Assembly (NCBI GenBank): GCA_035293845.1
Contig: DATGMB010000240.1
Location: 1,476 to 65,475, forward strand
Source of the DNA: Bryobacteraceae bacterium
GTDB lineage: Bacteria > Acidobacteriota > Terriglobia > Bryobacterales > Bryobacteraceae
Reading direction: 5' to 3'
DNA: 64,000 bases
Below the pieces are notes generated by a model, which did no database searches, was not told where the DNA came from, and saw only the letters and a list, made by a program, of their open reading frames with translations. The position numbers and the translations under genes are program-made. Position 1 is the stretch's first letter, and the number at the start of each line of letters is the position of its first letter. Below, one piece after another: positions 63,279 through 64,000 of this stretch.

Positions 63279-63574
63279 TATTTCTTCGCCGGCTCGCCGA
63301 TGATGTAAATTTTCTCGTTGGGACGCGCCAGCTTCAGGCGTTCGCGGATTTCGAGTTCCTGCTCGGCGGGGTTTTCCTCCAGGCGGCGGATGTGCTCGCG
63401 CTTACGTTCGATTTCCTGCGCCAGCCCGGCATTGCGCTTTTCCATTACGCGTATCTGCGCGCGCTTCTCCTGGAGCGCGCGGAACCCGTGGGGACCTTCG
63501 AGGGTGAATAAGGCGTAAGCGGCAACGATCACGAGCGCAATACCATAGGCAAAGCGGGACAGGGGCGCTTTCAT
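63278..63574 (-). CDS. ftsB: Cell-division protein FtsB/DivIC (septum formation initiator)
   Basis: The product reads MKAPLSRFAYGIALVIVAAYALFTL (TM), followed by a coiled coil QEKRAQIRVMEKRNAGLAQEIERKREHIRRLEE...ELEIRERLKLARPNEKIY. Confidence 0.75.
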   Translation of the reverse strand: MKAPLSRFAYGIALVIVAAYALFTLEGPHGFRALQEKRAQIRVMEKRNAGLAQEIERKREHIRRLEENPAEQELEIRERLKLARPNEKIYIIGEPAKK

Positions 63575-63637
63575 CGCAGTTTGGCCTGGAAGATAATAGT
63601 AACATCCTCGACGCATTCTGTTTCGCGAATTTTTGTC

Positions 63638-63961
63638 ATGACCGATAAGCTTGTGATCCTCAGTACTTGTGCCTCCGAGGCAGAGGCCGCGACTCTGGCT
63701 GGCCTGCTCATCGAGAGGCGCCTCGCGGCCTGCGTCAACGTGGTCGCTGGTGTGCGCAGCTTCTACCGATGGCAGGGAAAGGTCGAGTCCGGGCAGGAGG
63801 CGCTGCTGGTGATCAAGTCCTCGCGTGGCCGGTTCGCCGAGCTGCGCGCGGCCATCGAGCAGGCGCATTCTTACGACGTTCCCGAAATCATCGCCCTGCC
63901 GATCGAGGACGGCGCCGCCCCCTATCTCGCCTGGATGCAGGAAAACCTGGAGAACGCGTGA
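63638..63961 (+). CDS. cutA: Divalent-cation tolerance protein CutA
   Basis: The product reads MTDKLVILSTCASEAEA..LA..LIERRLAACVNVV.GV.SFYRWQGKVE...E.LL.IK...YDVPEIIALPI, the classic CutA1 pattern. Confidence 0.9.
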   Translation: MTDKLVILSTCASEAEAATLAGLLIERRLAACVNVVAGVRSFYRWQGKVESGQEALLVIKSSRGRFAELRAAIEQAHSYDVPEIIALPIEDGAAPYLAWMQENLENA

Positions 63962-64000
63962 CCCTCGGCCCTTCCGCGCCGCCTCTGGCGCTGATCTTCG

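Noticed and set aside
1-64000. Expected tRNA, rRNA, tmRNA, riboswitch, transposase, integrase-flanked island, toxin-antitoxin or known defence-system genes.
   Set aside because: Reading the intergenic regions (the longest are 17219-17683, 40208-40465, 49981-50280 and 43490-43862) showed no T-loop/GTTCGA-type tRNA signatures, rRNA-like stretches or recognisable mobile or defence gene motifs. XerC at 24314 is in the conserved trmFO-xerC housekeeping context. Absence is by eye only, so tRNAscan, Infernal and defence-finder runs would be needed to confirm it.

Overview
This is a 64-kb, high-GC (roughly two-thirds G+C by eye), densely coding chromosomal segment. The gene content suggests an Acidobacteriota-like soil bacterium (inference only, nothing was searched): an ADOP-type duplicated MacB/FtsX permease, many secreted glycoside hydrolases, Tat-signal Gfo/Idh/MocA oxidoreductases, an ECF sigma/anti-sigma pair and FG-GAP proteins. 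I call about 58 protein genes. Housekeeping genes include 2-oxoacid dehydrogenase E1 alpha/beta, ggt, biotin carboxylase plus carrier, amtB-glnK-glnD, trmFO-xerC, rimO-yacG, cmk-lysC, ppiD, ftsB and cutA; they are interleaved with accessory functions. I recognised no rRNA, tRNA, CRISPR array, transposase or phage gene. Most long antisense ORFs in the track are GC-rich shadow frames. The best candidates for something new are: (1) a two-gene porin-cytochrome module at 26594-29613, with a decaheme MtrA/PioA/MtoA-like cytochrome and a ~690-aa MtrB/PioB-like barrel but no outer cytochrome or quinol oxidase partner. (2) A chimeric trmFO-5'::glnD-3' junction at 22382-22524 that brackets a low-GC archaeal-type riboflavin-kinase-like (DUF120) cassette, the footprint expected from Campbell-type or tandem integration of homeologous DNA. 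(3) A dispersed family of 3'-end hairpin repeats built from tandem YYAGGAG heptamers (Shine-Dalgarno-like) paired with CTCCT arms, whose units supply the TAG stop codons of flanking genes. (4) A second G-rich family, TAGGGATTGGGGATTGGGG, at two loci with G-quadruplex potential. (5) A sortase with a single adjacent substrate carrying an IPKTSAG-TM-RRKR sorting signal in a presumably diderm host. (6) A 1007-aa secreted protein with two copies of an uncharacterised ~205-aa domain. (7) A 95-bp element with perfect 15-bp terminal inverted repeats upstream of cmk. All family assignments come from reading motifs in the translations, not from database searches.
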